Below are positions 1 through 12,100 of a stretch of DNA of 64,000 bases, one piece after another. Each line of letters begins with the position of its first letter. Within the stretch, counting starts at the first letter, position 1. Both the position numbers and the translations under genes were made by a program. The stretch covers positions 102,240,001 through 102,304,000 of the forward strand of contig NC_086108.1 in NCBI RefSeq assembly GCF_963921235.1. Direction: 5' to 3'. The DNA comes from Mobula hypostoma (taxonomy: Eukaryota). Under the pieces are notes generated by a model. That model was not told where the DNA came from and did no database searches. It saw only the letters and a program-made list of their open reading frames with translations.

Positions 1-543
1 GCAGTTTTGGTCCCCTAATCTGAGGAAAGACATCTTTGCCATAGAGGGAGTACAAAGAAGGTTCACCAGATTGATTCCTGGGATGGCAGGTCTTTCATAT
101 GAAGAAAGACTGGATGAACTGGGCTTGTACTCGTTGGAATTTAGAAGATTGAGGGGGGATCTGATTGAAACGTATAAGATCCTAAAGGGATTGGACAGGC
201 TAGATGCGGGAAGATTGTTCCCGATGTTGGGGAGGTCTAGAACGAGGGGTCACAGTTTGAGGATAGAGGGGAAGCCTTTTAGGACCGAGGTTAGGAAAAA
301 CTTCTTCACACAGAGAGTGGTGAATCTGTGGAATTCTCTGCCACAGCAAACTGTTGAGGCCAGTTCATTAGCTATGTTTAAAAGGAAGTTAGATATGGCC
401 CTTGTGGCTACAGGGGTCAGGGGGTATGGAGGGAAGGCTGGGTTCTGAGTTGGATGATCAGCCATGATCATAATAAATGGCGGTGCAGGCTCGAAGGGCC
501 GAATGGCCTACTCCTGCACCTATTTTCTATGTTTTGTTTCTCT
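1..543 (+). mobile_element. CR1-type LINE, 3' end (ORF2 C-terminus and 3' UTR)
   Basis: ORF 71..448 [29 protein letters not shown]...FFTQRVVNLWNSLP, followed by the typical 3' tail. Confidence 0.9.
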
Positions 544-839
544 ACTAACCATATTGTCAAAGTAAGAGTTATAAAGCTTAATGGTTTAATGCATATTGTG
601 TACTGTTTGTTGTTTCGGGGTATTGATTTGTAACAGGGGACACATTGCGCAGCATCCACCCAAATGACATTTCTTAAGTTTGACCAGGCAGGGGGTTATC
701 ACCCCCTAGGTTAAGCCCCTAGGTGAAGCAAGTGTTACATATGTATACTATATACAACTTTGAGATTCATCTCCTTACAGGCAGCCACAAAACAAAGAAA
801 CACAACAGAACCCATTAGTGATCATCTTATGATCTAATA

Positions 840-1985
840 ATGGAGAACCGGGAGCTGATTTAGACAGAATAGATCTGATTTGGGACTGTCAGCATAGCTT
901 TGTAATTGGGAAGTCATTCTGACAATCCCTTGGGGTTCTCTGAGAAGGTAACCAAGAGGGCAGTGAAATGGATGTTGTCTATGCAGACTTTAGTAAGCCC
1001 TTCACAAGTTCTCTGATGGCAGGTTATTTTGGATGTATGCAATCCCGGCTGGAGATAGCAGATTGGATTCATAGTTGGCTCATTGGTTGGAAGCAGAGGG
1101 CCAAGGGTTGTTTCTCAGTCTGGAGACCTGGGTCTAGTGGTGTGCCAGGTGGGTTGTTGTTTGTTATTTATATAAATGATTCGGATGTGAATGTACAAAG
1201 CATGGTTTATAAGATTTTGATTCTGATGTAAATCCTACAAGCTGGATCCAATTGCCCTTGTTTATGCAACACACATTTCAACTATTGTTCCCAAATTTAT
1301 TAACAATTGCCTATTGAAATTCTACACATTACACAGTAGGATCGGATACAATTCTCACAGAGAACAATGGAATGGGCATCTGTGATATAGCAATTGCTGT
1401 GAAGATGTGAAATGACAGTGAAATATGTGGAATATTAAATTTTAGTGCAGGACACACAAGACTCCCCTTGGTCTTTGTGGGAGGCTGGGTCAGAAACTTC
1501 ATGGGCCTGGCAGAGATATTTTTAACGTTCTTACCCATGGGTGAGGTGCTGGACACTGGAATATAGCTAATATCTCTCAGTTCATGAAATGCTTTAAGAA
1601 TAATCTGGGAAATTATTGGTCATTGAGTCTGTCATCAGTATTAGGTAGATTATTGGAAGGTATTGTAAGGGTCCAGATACTGTATATAAGTATTTTGATA
1701 GAAAATGCCTGATTAAGGATAGTCATCATGGCTTTGTGTGTGGTAGGCTGTGTCTAACCAATCTTACAGTTTTTCAAGGAGATTTACCAAGAAAGTTTAT
1801 GAAGGAAAGACAGTGGATATTGTCTACATCGTATTTAGCCAGTCCTTTGACAAAGTCCTGCATGGGAGGCTGGTTCAATTGCTTGGCATTCAGGATAAGG
1901 TAGTAAATTAGATTTGACATGTGCTTCGTGGGTAAAGCCAGAAAGTGGGATTAGATGGTTCGCTCTCTGACTGGAAGCCAGCGGA
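840..1985 (+). mobile_element. Decayed CR1 RT fragments (about 840-1230 and 1590-1985)
   Basis: Remnants of DVVYxDFSKxF, SGVP and HGFV motifs with stops and frameshifts. Confidence 0.65.
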
Positions 1986-2483
1986 GCAATGGTCTTCATT
2001 TGTCTACCATGTCCCTCTTCACCTGGTTTGATTTATACTCACCAGCCCCTACCTCAGCCCTCCTGTTCCCACTCACCTCCTCCCCCTCTACACGCTCAGG
2101 ATCTTTATGCAATATGTCAACCATCCCTCTCTCACCACAGATGGTGCCTGGCCCGCTGAGTTTATCCAGCTGTTGAGTTTTGCCTCAGGTTACAGTATCT
2201 GCAGGTTCTTGTATTTCCACCTTTCCCATTTGTTTTTTCCAAAAATCAGGAATTAGATCCTGGCTCAATAACTGGAGGTAACATCTTAAATCTAACTCTT
2301 CCAAGGGGAATTAGAAGATAAACAACTTCTACCCAATTTATATAAGGCCATATTAACATTAGCTGTAAAATTTCTTTGTCCATTTGATCCCAAACACAAT
2401 AGAGATTTGGAATGAAATACAAACAACCAAATATGATGTTTATACAAAAAAAATTCAATGGCATTTGTCCAACTTTTAAAATA

Positions 2484-2489
2484 TTTATT
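2484..2489 (-). promoter_or_regulatory. Candidate polyadenylation signal of the CLCA gene
   Basis: AATAAA on the minus strand about 170 nt past the second stop, followed by a U-rich tract. Confidence 0.5.
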
Positions 2490-2660
2490 GAATGCACATT
2501 ACCTTTAAGGCTCTTAGTGTCAAATATGGATTCATTGAGAAACTGATTACTTGCATGTTGTAAATTAATAAAAAGACTAAATGATTTTGGTTACTCTCTG
2601 AGAATAATTAGAGTAAAATTAAGGATGATCAATTTTAACATACTGAAGCTGATTAGTGTT

Positions 2661-2897
2661 CTAACTGGGTGACTCTCTCTGACGATGTCTAGTAGCCACA
2701 ATACACACAGTGATGGCAACAATCAGAGTCATTATAATTAGAATACAACCAGCTACTAGAAGAATTTCTGAAATGTTAATCACCAGAGATTCATTAGTTT
2801 GGGTAGTTGAGAGCAATGTGGTTGTGGGTGTGTGATTTGAATGAGATGTTGTTAGCGACTGTATCTGATTTGATGGTGTAGGTGGAGTAGATTGAAT
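2661..2897 (-). other. In-frame 78-codon extension beyond the CLCA stop: Ser/Thr/Pro stalk, transmembrane helix, short basic tail
   Basis: Hand translation: IQSTPPTPSNQIQSLTTSHSNHTPTTTLLSTTQTNESLVINISEILLVAGCILIIMTLIVAITVCIVATRHRQRESPS*, TAG at 2663-2661. Confidence 0.88.
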
Positions 2898-3148
2898 TCA
2901 TGGAGTTAAAATCAAGGCAGCCTGTGCTATATTTGACAACTCCGAAGTATGGTTTGCTTTATCGTGTGCAATGATTCCAAAGTAGAGTACTGTCCCATTT
3001 TTCAGTTCAATATTCTCAGAGATCATAAACGATTCCTCCGATTTTGCAGTCTTTGGATTCAGCCCGTTGGTATTGACCTTATGAGCAGATTGAAAATCAT
3101 TTTTCAGCTGTGTAAAGTTTTTACTCATCCGTATTTCATAGTAGGAAG
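2898..3148 (-). CDS. CLCA: CLCA last coding exon to first stop: ASYYEIRMS...[15 protein letters not shown]
   Basis: tttag|CT; phase 1; TGA at 2900-2898; 3' part of ORF 2898..3440. Confidence 0.93.
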
Positions 3149-6100
3149 CTAAATAAAGAAAAACGAATGAATGAAAGTTAATGAACAGTATAAAGATCAC
3201 CAATTCAAACTTCGTTACTATCAGAGCAGTGCTATTAAAACATTCACTCAGAATTTGTTTGCCTTCATTATAATTTTTTGGGTTGTTTTCTATATTCTCT
3301 TTGGTACATTGGACATCTCCAGAAGTAGTTTGATGTCCTTTGGTATTGCACTGTGCCATTGACGTCCAATACAGTTTCTGAATCCATTTAAGTAACAGGA
3401 GGGCAGAGACAGGTTTAAGAAAGGCAGATTTCCTCCCCAAGGAACAATGGTGAACCTGATTGGTTGTGATGCACCCCTAGCAACGACTCTTGTCGGTGAC
3501 CTTGACCTTGTTAGAGGGCGAAGGGAGTTCAGCAAGTGTAACCACAAGCACCTCACTCAGGTTGAAGCAATTGGCCTTGTGGCACCATTTCGGCTCCCTT
3601 CACTGAACTGATTTACACGTTGTTCAGGCACTTTACTTCCACACTAAAGTTGGTAAAGTCTGTAAGCATTCTGGAAAAAGACAAGAAGGGAAATAACATG
3701 CAAAATACGGGAAGAACTCAGAAACTCAGGCAGCATCAATACAGGGCAATAAACTGTTGACATTTCAGGTCAACACCCTTCATCAGGATTGCTTATTCAT
3801 TAACTGTTTACTCCCTCCATAAATGTTTCCTGACTTGCTGAGTTCCTCCAGTATTTTGTGAGTGTTGCTCAATATTTCCAGCGTCTGCAAAATCTCTTGT
3901 GTTTAAATACGAAAGTAAACTGCAAAGTGCTGGAGGTACCCTGCAGGTTAGCTCAGGTGGTATCTATGGAAAAGAATAAACATTTGATGTTTCTCACTGA
4001 GACCCTTCATCAGGATTGGAGAAAAAAGATGTGAGATCAGACTAAGAAGATGGGGGGGGGGGGCGGGGGAGTGGAGGAAAATGTACAAAGCGGTAGGTGA
4101 TAGGTGAAACCGGGAGAAGAGGAGTGGTGAAGTAAAGAGCTGGAAAGTCAAAGGGCTGGAGAAGAGGGAATCTAATAGGAGAGGACAGAACACCATGAAA
4201 GAAAGGGAAGAGGGAATGGAACACTGGGGAGGGGGGCGGGGAGTGATGGGAAGGTAAAGATACAAAGTGAGAGAGGGAAACAGGAATGATAACTGGAGAA
4301 GGGGAAGTTGGATGGCAGTTACCTGAAGTTTGAAAATTTGATGTTCATACCATCAGGTTGAAGGCTACCCAGACGGTATATAAGGTGTTGCTCTTCCAGC
4401 CTAGGTGTGGCCTCATCGCGGCAGTACAGGAGGCCATGGGCTGACAAGGATAAGTGCCAGGAGGGAGATCGGAGGGGAGGGACGAATGGACAATGGAGTC
4501 ACGTAGGGAGCAATCTCCCTGCAGAAAGCAGGAAGTGGGGGAGAGGGAAGGATGTACTTAGTGGTGAGATTCCATTGGAGATGGAGGAAGTTATAAAGAA
4601 ATATGTGCTGAACACGGAGGCTGGTGGGGTGGTAGGTGAGAACATGAAGCACCCTATCCCTGGTGAGGTGGCGAGTGGATGGGGTGGGGGCAAACGTGCG
4701 CGAAATGCAACAGGTGCAGATGAGGGCAGTGTTGAAGGAGGAGGAAGGGATGCCCTTCTCTTTGTAAAAGGAGGACTTCCCCTTAGTTCTTAAATGAAAA
4801 GCCTCATACTGAGAACAGATGTGGCGGAGACAGAGGTACTGAGAGAAGGGGATGGAATTTTTACAAGTAACAGCATGTGAAGAGGTATAGTCCATGTAGC
4901 TGTGAGAATCAGTGGGTTTATAACAGACATCATTAGATAAGTTGTCTCCAGAGATAGAGACAGAGAGGTTGAGACAGGGGAGAGAGATGTCGGAAATGGA
5001 CCAAGTAAGTTTGAGGACAGGGTGGAATTTGGAGGCAAAGCTGATGAATTCGAGGAGCTCAGCATGGGTGCAAGAAGCTGAACCAAAGCAGTCGATGTAG
5101 TGTAGGAAAAATTGGGGAGTGATACCAGTGTAGGCTTGGGACATATACTGTTCCACTTAGCCGGAGAACAAGGCAGTCATAGCTGGAATCCATGGTGGTG
5201 CCCATGGCTACACCTTTTGTTTGAAGGAAGTGGGAGGAGCTGAAGGAAAAATTATTGGGAGTGAGAATCAGTTCTGCCAGACAGGGGAGAGAGGCGGTGG
5301 AGGGGAACTGGTTGAATCTGGTGTCCAGAAGGAAATGGAGAGCTTTGAGGCCTTCTTGATAGGGACTGGACATCCATAATGAAAATAAGACGATCGAGGC
5401 CAGCGAACTTTAAATCATTGGAAAGATCAAGAGCATGCAAAGTGTCATGGATGTAGGTAGGAAGGGACAGGGCCAAGGGAGACAAAACTGAATAAGGTGT
5501 GCAGATACAACTTCAGTAGGGCAGGAACAAGTAGAAACAGTGGGTCTATTGGACAGGCAGGTTTGTGGATCTAGGGTAGGAGGTAAAAATGGGAAGTGTT
5601 GGGTTAGGGAACTATGAGGTTGGTGGCAGCAAATAGGAGATCTCCAGAATTAATAAGGTCAGTGATGGTGTGGGAGGCAATGGCCTGGTGCTCCTTAGTG
5701 GGATCCTGTTTGAAGGGTAAATAAGAGGAGGTTTCTGACAGTTCTCGCTGGATCTCAGCAAGGTAGATGTCAGACTACTACAGCACCCTCCTTATCTACA
5801 GGTTTGATGGTGAGGTTAGAATTAGTGCAGAGAGAGTGGAGAGCAGAGCGTTTGGAAGGAGTAAGGTTAGAGTAGGAGAGAAGAGTGGTGAATTCAAGAA
5901 GCCCGATGTCCCATCAGCAATTTGCAATGAAAAGACAGAAGACCAGGGTGGGGTGTCCAGGAAGAGGAGGAGGGTTGAAGACAGGAAAAGGTGTCATTGG
6001 TGCGGAGTGCAAGGTCTTTGCCAAAGAAGTAGGCACGGAAATGGAGGGAGCAGAAGAAGAGCTCAGTGTCTTGATGGGTGCAGAACTCACTGTGGTGTGG

Positions 6101-9100
6101 GCACAGGGGGACAAAGGTGAGGTCCTTACTGAGGACAGAACATTCTACCACAGAGAGAAAAAGATCAGAGGGGATGGTGAAGAGCTGGCATGGATGAGAG
6201 CTGGGATCAGAGTGGGGGAAGGGGATTGGTAGCGTCTGAGGAGAGTAGAGGGTTTGGCGTGTTCAGGGAAGGTGGAGTGAGAGGAAGATGGAGTCTCCGA
6301 GGACCCAAGAGCTGGCGGTGGGACCTGAGAGACACGGGATTGCAGAGTGGTGCGGGTGGGGGAAGGGGAGTTTGGGGTTTCAGCAGCAGCATGTAAAACT
6401 CGGCCTGGAGGTGCTGTTGGTAACTGAAACGCTTTCACAACTGGGTTTAAAGCCAATTTATGTTAATCTTTGAATTTAAGTTAGAAAGTTTATTTGCATT
6501 GTGCCCTATTTCTAGTAATTCAGTTGAAGAGTACAGATTAAATTACAAATATTAACAGTTTTTAAATGGTGCATTTTTAAAATGATAAATTAATTCAGTA
6601 CAGAAGCAAGCCCTTCGGTCTATCTAATCTGTGCCAAATTATTAGACTGCCTTGTCCCTGCACTTAGATTGTAGTCCTCCATACCAATCCCATTCATGTA
6701 TCTACCTAAATTTTTCTTGAATGTAAATTGAACCTGCAAATGTAGAGATAAGAGGCCTCTCCATGTATGGAATTGATCATACAAGGTAATTATTGGTGAG
6801 AACTATTTAATGAGCGTGCTCAGAAATTAAATCCCACACTGTTTATACTTGAGAATATAATTAGAATTACCAGATCCTTGATCAAAATCATTGCCTGGTG
6901 CTGTCCAGTTCAGTTGTATTTTATCTTCAACTATTGCTGCTTTAAGATCCATGATTTTATTAGGGGGAAACACATCATGGGGTGATCCTGGAGGAACCTG
7001 ACTTACAATAAATGTGCCACCTGACTTGACTCTCTTGAAACTTCGAAAGTTTGTCTGAGGATTGTCATCAACGGGCCGTGTCTTCAGCAGATTTTGTTGA
7101 ATGGAGTCTAAAAGGAAACCAAATAAAGTATTTCAGAAAAAAAATCAAGATATTTTAATAAGGGACTCTGAAAATATAATGCAGATTGATCAGAATCAGG
7201 TTTATTATCACTGGCATGTGACGTGAAATTTGTTAACTTAGCAGCAGCAGCTCAATGCAATACATAATATAGAAGAAGAAAAAAATAAAAAATAAAAATT
7301 ATAATAATAAGTAAATCAATTATGGTATACGTATTGTGAGGGGATCCTGGAGTGCCCCTATTAACTGTTTGGAGAGAGACATTTATCATTGATGGTTTGT
7401 TTGGAAAGGAGAGAGAGACAGAGTTATTTACCACTGATATGCTGCTTTTGAAAAGACAGAGAGAGGCGAAGATCCACAGTTGGACTGTCACTTTAAAGCA
7501 TTGGAAGTAACTTTGGATTTCTACTGAGCTTGGAGTTGGAGACAGCACCGAGCAGCTCGTAAGTTGCTATGGTGACCGAAGGCAGTGTTATTTAATGGAC
7601 ACTCGATGTTATGATTTTCAGCAGGTTGTTGATATTTCTTCAAGGACAGGTTGCCTGCTTGTGCATTTCTTTGCAGACAAAGGAAGGAGGGACTCTTTGA
7701 GTGACAGGTGATGCTCAGCCTGGTGAAATAAATAGGAGGTCAGATGATACAGATCTCAGGACACATGATCTGGACACTGAATGAGCATTGTTGTGCCCGC
7801 AGAAAAAGTGGGTTTTGGAGGATCGATCAGGCGGATCGATCCAAATTGCTATTCCATCGGTGAAGAAGGGGTTGACTGGTGGGGAGTTGTCTATGTGTCC
7901 ACCCTCGCCTGGGTGATAGCTCCACCACCGAAGACCGGTCCCCCTGGTTAAAGTCACAGTCGGTGACTTGTAAAGGATTTCAGAGGACAATGAGAAGATC
8001 GATGGCATCAGCTCACCTGAAGACTCAACTCACTCTGTCTCTCTCTCTCTCTCTCCATCACTACTCAACTAAATACCACGAACTGAACTGAACTTTAGTC
8101 AACATCATAAGACTGTATCTTTTTACCCCTGGACTTAAAGAAGCTTGGTTTTTTCATACATATATATTCCACACTTACTTTTATGCATAATCATTGCTAA
8201 CCTGTTTGATTTATCTACATTTATATTATTGTATTGTGTAGTTACTAATAAATATTATTAGTTGTTAGCAATACGAGACTCCAAAGTGCTTTTCATCTCT
8301 GCTGGTTTCTTAACCTCTGTCACGGGGTACGTGACAGTATATTGAATAGATTAAAAATTGGGCAAAAAACAGAAATACCGTATATTAAACAAAGTGAGGT
8401 AGTGTCCAAGGGTTCAATGTCAATTTAGGAATCGGATAGCAGAGGGGAAGAAGCTGTTCCTGAATCACAGAGTGTGCGTGCCTTCTGGCTTCTGTACGTC
8501 CTGCCTGATGGTAAAAGTGAGAAGAGGGCATGCCCTGAGTGCTGGAGGTCTTTAATAATGGGCGCTGCCTTTCTGAGACACCGCTCCCTGAGGATATCCT
8601 GGATACTGATACCCCAAAGGCTACAGCCCAGTCTCTTTCCATTTTACACAGACCTAAGGAGGAAAGTTAAAACCCAGGGCAGGTTTGTTTTTTTACACCA
8701 AGAGTGGAAGGTATCTGGAATGCTCGACAAGGGGAAGTGGTGGAAGAAAACATAATTGCAATGTTTTAGAGGCATTTAGATAGATAAGCTTTGTCACATG
8801 CACTGTACATCAAAACACACATCAAAATACATCTTATGCGTCAAATCAAATCAGTGAGGACTATGCTAGATAGCTTACAAGTGCTGCCACACTTCTGGCG
8901 CCAACATAGCATACCATTAACTAACCCTAACCATATTGTCCTTGGAATGTAGGAGGAAACCAGAGCACCTGGAGGAAACCCACATGGTCACAGGAAGAAT
9001 GTACAAACTTTTAACGGACAGCAGCAGGAATTGAAACCAGATCTTACAGCTGGAATTGTAATAGCATTACGAAACTACTATGCTAATGGGCCTGTACAGT

Positions 9101-12100
9101 GGAGAGCATTCTACCTGGTTGCTTCACTGTCTGAAATGGAGAGGCCATTGCTCAGGATCAGAAAAAGCTGCAGGAAATTGTAAACTCTGCCAACTCCATC
9201 ATGGGCACTTGACTTCCCAGCATCCAGGACACCTTCAAAAAGTGATGCCTCAAAAAGGCCGTGTTATGTTTGTTCTTAATAAAGGTAAACGTGACGTGGG
9301 TTTACATTAGAGCATTTTATTACTGAAACGCTGCTCAACCCTATGCACGTGCGCAACCAGGTCACCATCATAGCTTCCAGTTCCAGGTGAACACCTCGCA
9401 TTGCCCACTGGAAACTGAAGTTCTTTATTATGCACACATAATAACACAGGCAGCACCATCATTAAGGATCCCCATTACCCAGGCCAAGCCCTTGTTACCA
9501 TCAGGGAGGAGGTACAGGAGCCTGACGGCAAACATTTAAAATTTCAAAAACAGTTTCTTTCCCTCCACCATCAGATCTCTGAATGGACAATGAATCTGTG
9601 AACACTACTTCACTATTTTTTATTTCCTTTTTTTGCTCTACTTATTTAACTATATACATATATTGCAATTTATAGTTTCTTTATTATGTATTGCAATATA
9701 CTGCTTCTGCAAAGCAACAAATTTTTGTGACATTTTCCAGTGATAATAAAACTGATTCTGATAGGCTGCATCATTGTCTGTTATAGTAGGGTGGGAGGGC
9801 TACTGCACAGGACTGAAAGAAACTGCAGAGGGTTGTAAGTTTAGTCAGCTCCATCTAGGGTACTAGCCTACAAAGTACCCAGGACATCTTCAAGGAGCAG
9901 TGTCTCAGAAAGGCAGCGTCCATTATTAAGGACCTCCAGCACCCAGGGGATATCCTTGGATACCCTTTTCTCACTGTTAGCATCAGGCAGGAGGTACAGA
10001 AGCCTGAAGACACACACTCAGCGATTCAGGAACAGCTTCTTCCTCTCTGCCATCTGATTCATAAATGGACATTGAACCCGTGAACACTACCTCAATTTTT
10101 AATATGTATTTTCTGTTTTTTGTACAATCTTTAATCTATTCAATATACATATACTGTAATTGATTTACTTATTTATTATTAGCTTCTTCTATATTATATA
10201 TGCATTAAACTGCTGCTGCTAAGTTAACAAATTTCACAATGCATGCCGGTGATAATAAACCTGATTTCGATTCTGATTTATTGATTTATATTGCTTTATG
10301 TTTTCAATTTCAACGTCAAACCTAAATTTTCACATTGGGAATTGAGGACTTAAACTAGGTTAACACTGAACTGCAGTGCACTCTCAATGTATGGTATGTC
10401 TTCATGCCCACTCTGTCTCCTAATTCAGAGAGTTAGCAGCTAACTTGTAAACATATCACTGTTTCCTCATCATCATGCTGAACTCACTACCAACAGAACT
10501 GCAATAACTTCACCAGAAAGTTCACAGTGCTTAATAATAGCAGACCACCAAAAGATTTTCAAAGAATATTAGCAAAGGTTTAGCTTCAAGATATTGATAT
10601 CAAGCAGCGAGGACAGTGGACAACAGAGTACTGGAGGAGTCGAGTTTCAAAGAAAATTAATGACAGGAGGTTGTTCTGAGTTCTTTGGAGTTGTCAAGTC
10701 CAGGACTAGGAATGCAAAGGATGAGAGCTTCAGTGGCACTTGGGCTGAGGAAATGGTGAAAGCAGATGGTGTTACACTATCAAACATAGTAGAAAACATA
10801 GGAAAAAAATAGAAAACCTACAGCACAATACAGGCCCTTCAGCCCACAATGCTGTGCCAGACAAGTACTTACTTTAGAAATTACCTAGGGTGACCCATGG
10901 CCCTCTATTTTTCTAAGCTCCATGTACTAAGTGCTTAACATTTATCCATTAATACATTACCATTTTGCACATATCCTGGAATGTACATAGCATGTCCTTG
11001 CCGCCTGGCTGCAAATCTTGTGATCCCATCTTTTCCTTGAACAGATATTTTAAGGGTGTATTGTCCAGTTCCACCATAATCAACAAAGTATCGAGAATAA
11101 ACACCATCATTTCTAACAATATCAGGGTCTAAAAATAAAAAGGCATATAAAGGTTTAAATAAAGGCATGCATGAAAACATGAAATACTAATTTCCTTTAT
11201 AACGATCTACTTTAATTGCAAAGAGAAGTAATAAATGGAATAAATGGCTATATGTCAGACTGTAATGGATATTCACTGTTCTGGGCCCAGTCAAGCTTTT
11301 AGCCAAGTTCAGCTTTCTAACACAGCAGCTGACTCTTCCAAAGGTCTAAGAGTTCTTTTTGAATAAGTTAAGCTCCCAATCAATATTCTTTGCTCAGCTT
11401 CTTGTCGTAAACAAGAACCAGTCTTCAGTTCTTAAGGTAAATTACAAGCAATAATCAGTCTGAAGTTAAAAGGACAGCTTTGCAAACAAACAGCACAGTC
11501 TATAGACCACAGGCTGCTGACACACAGCGTGGGGTTGGCTGCTCAAGAGATGCAGTGTAAGACAATGGGTATGCGTTAATTGTGCCTGTATCAAACCAGA
11601 CAATACCAGCTATTTCGTTCAAGGAATCTTGTAGATCAGATTGATACTATTACCTAGCGTGTTAAATAGCTAATCTATCACTACGTCCATGAAGGTTCTC
11701 AATTATCCAGGTCATTGTATATCAATCAGTAGTAAGTCAAGACAACTGGACTTGTTGTGTTGTCTAGAAGATGTTTTGCGTCTCCTCCGAGAGGCTTCTT
11801 CAATTCTGATCTATCTGTGAAATTCATTAACCCAAATGGCAGTGGAGGCCAATTCAGTTGCTATATTTAAAGCAGAGGCTGAATAAGTTTTTCATTAGTC
11901 AATGTGTTCAAGATTACAGGGTGGAGGCAGGACAATATGGTTGAGAAAGAAAATAACTCAGCCATGATCAATTGACAGAGTACATTAGATGGACCGAATC
12001 CCTAATTCTGCTCCTATGTCTCATGAACTAATTAATGGGTTCGCACAGAGTCAATATCAGTGAAGGACATTTTCTAGAAAGGATGCATTATTTCTTTGAT

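Noticed and set aside
2484..2900. Selenocysteine recoding of the in-frame TGA
   Set aside because: No convincing SECIS hairpin is visible in the short AT-rich 3' UTR, the position is a linker rather than a catalytic Cys site, and CLCAs are not known selenoproteins. SECISearch would settle it.
3149..3440. N-terminal 97 codons of ORF 2898..3440
   Set aside because: Intronic open frame upstream of the acceptor at 3149-3150; no CLCA similarity.
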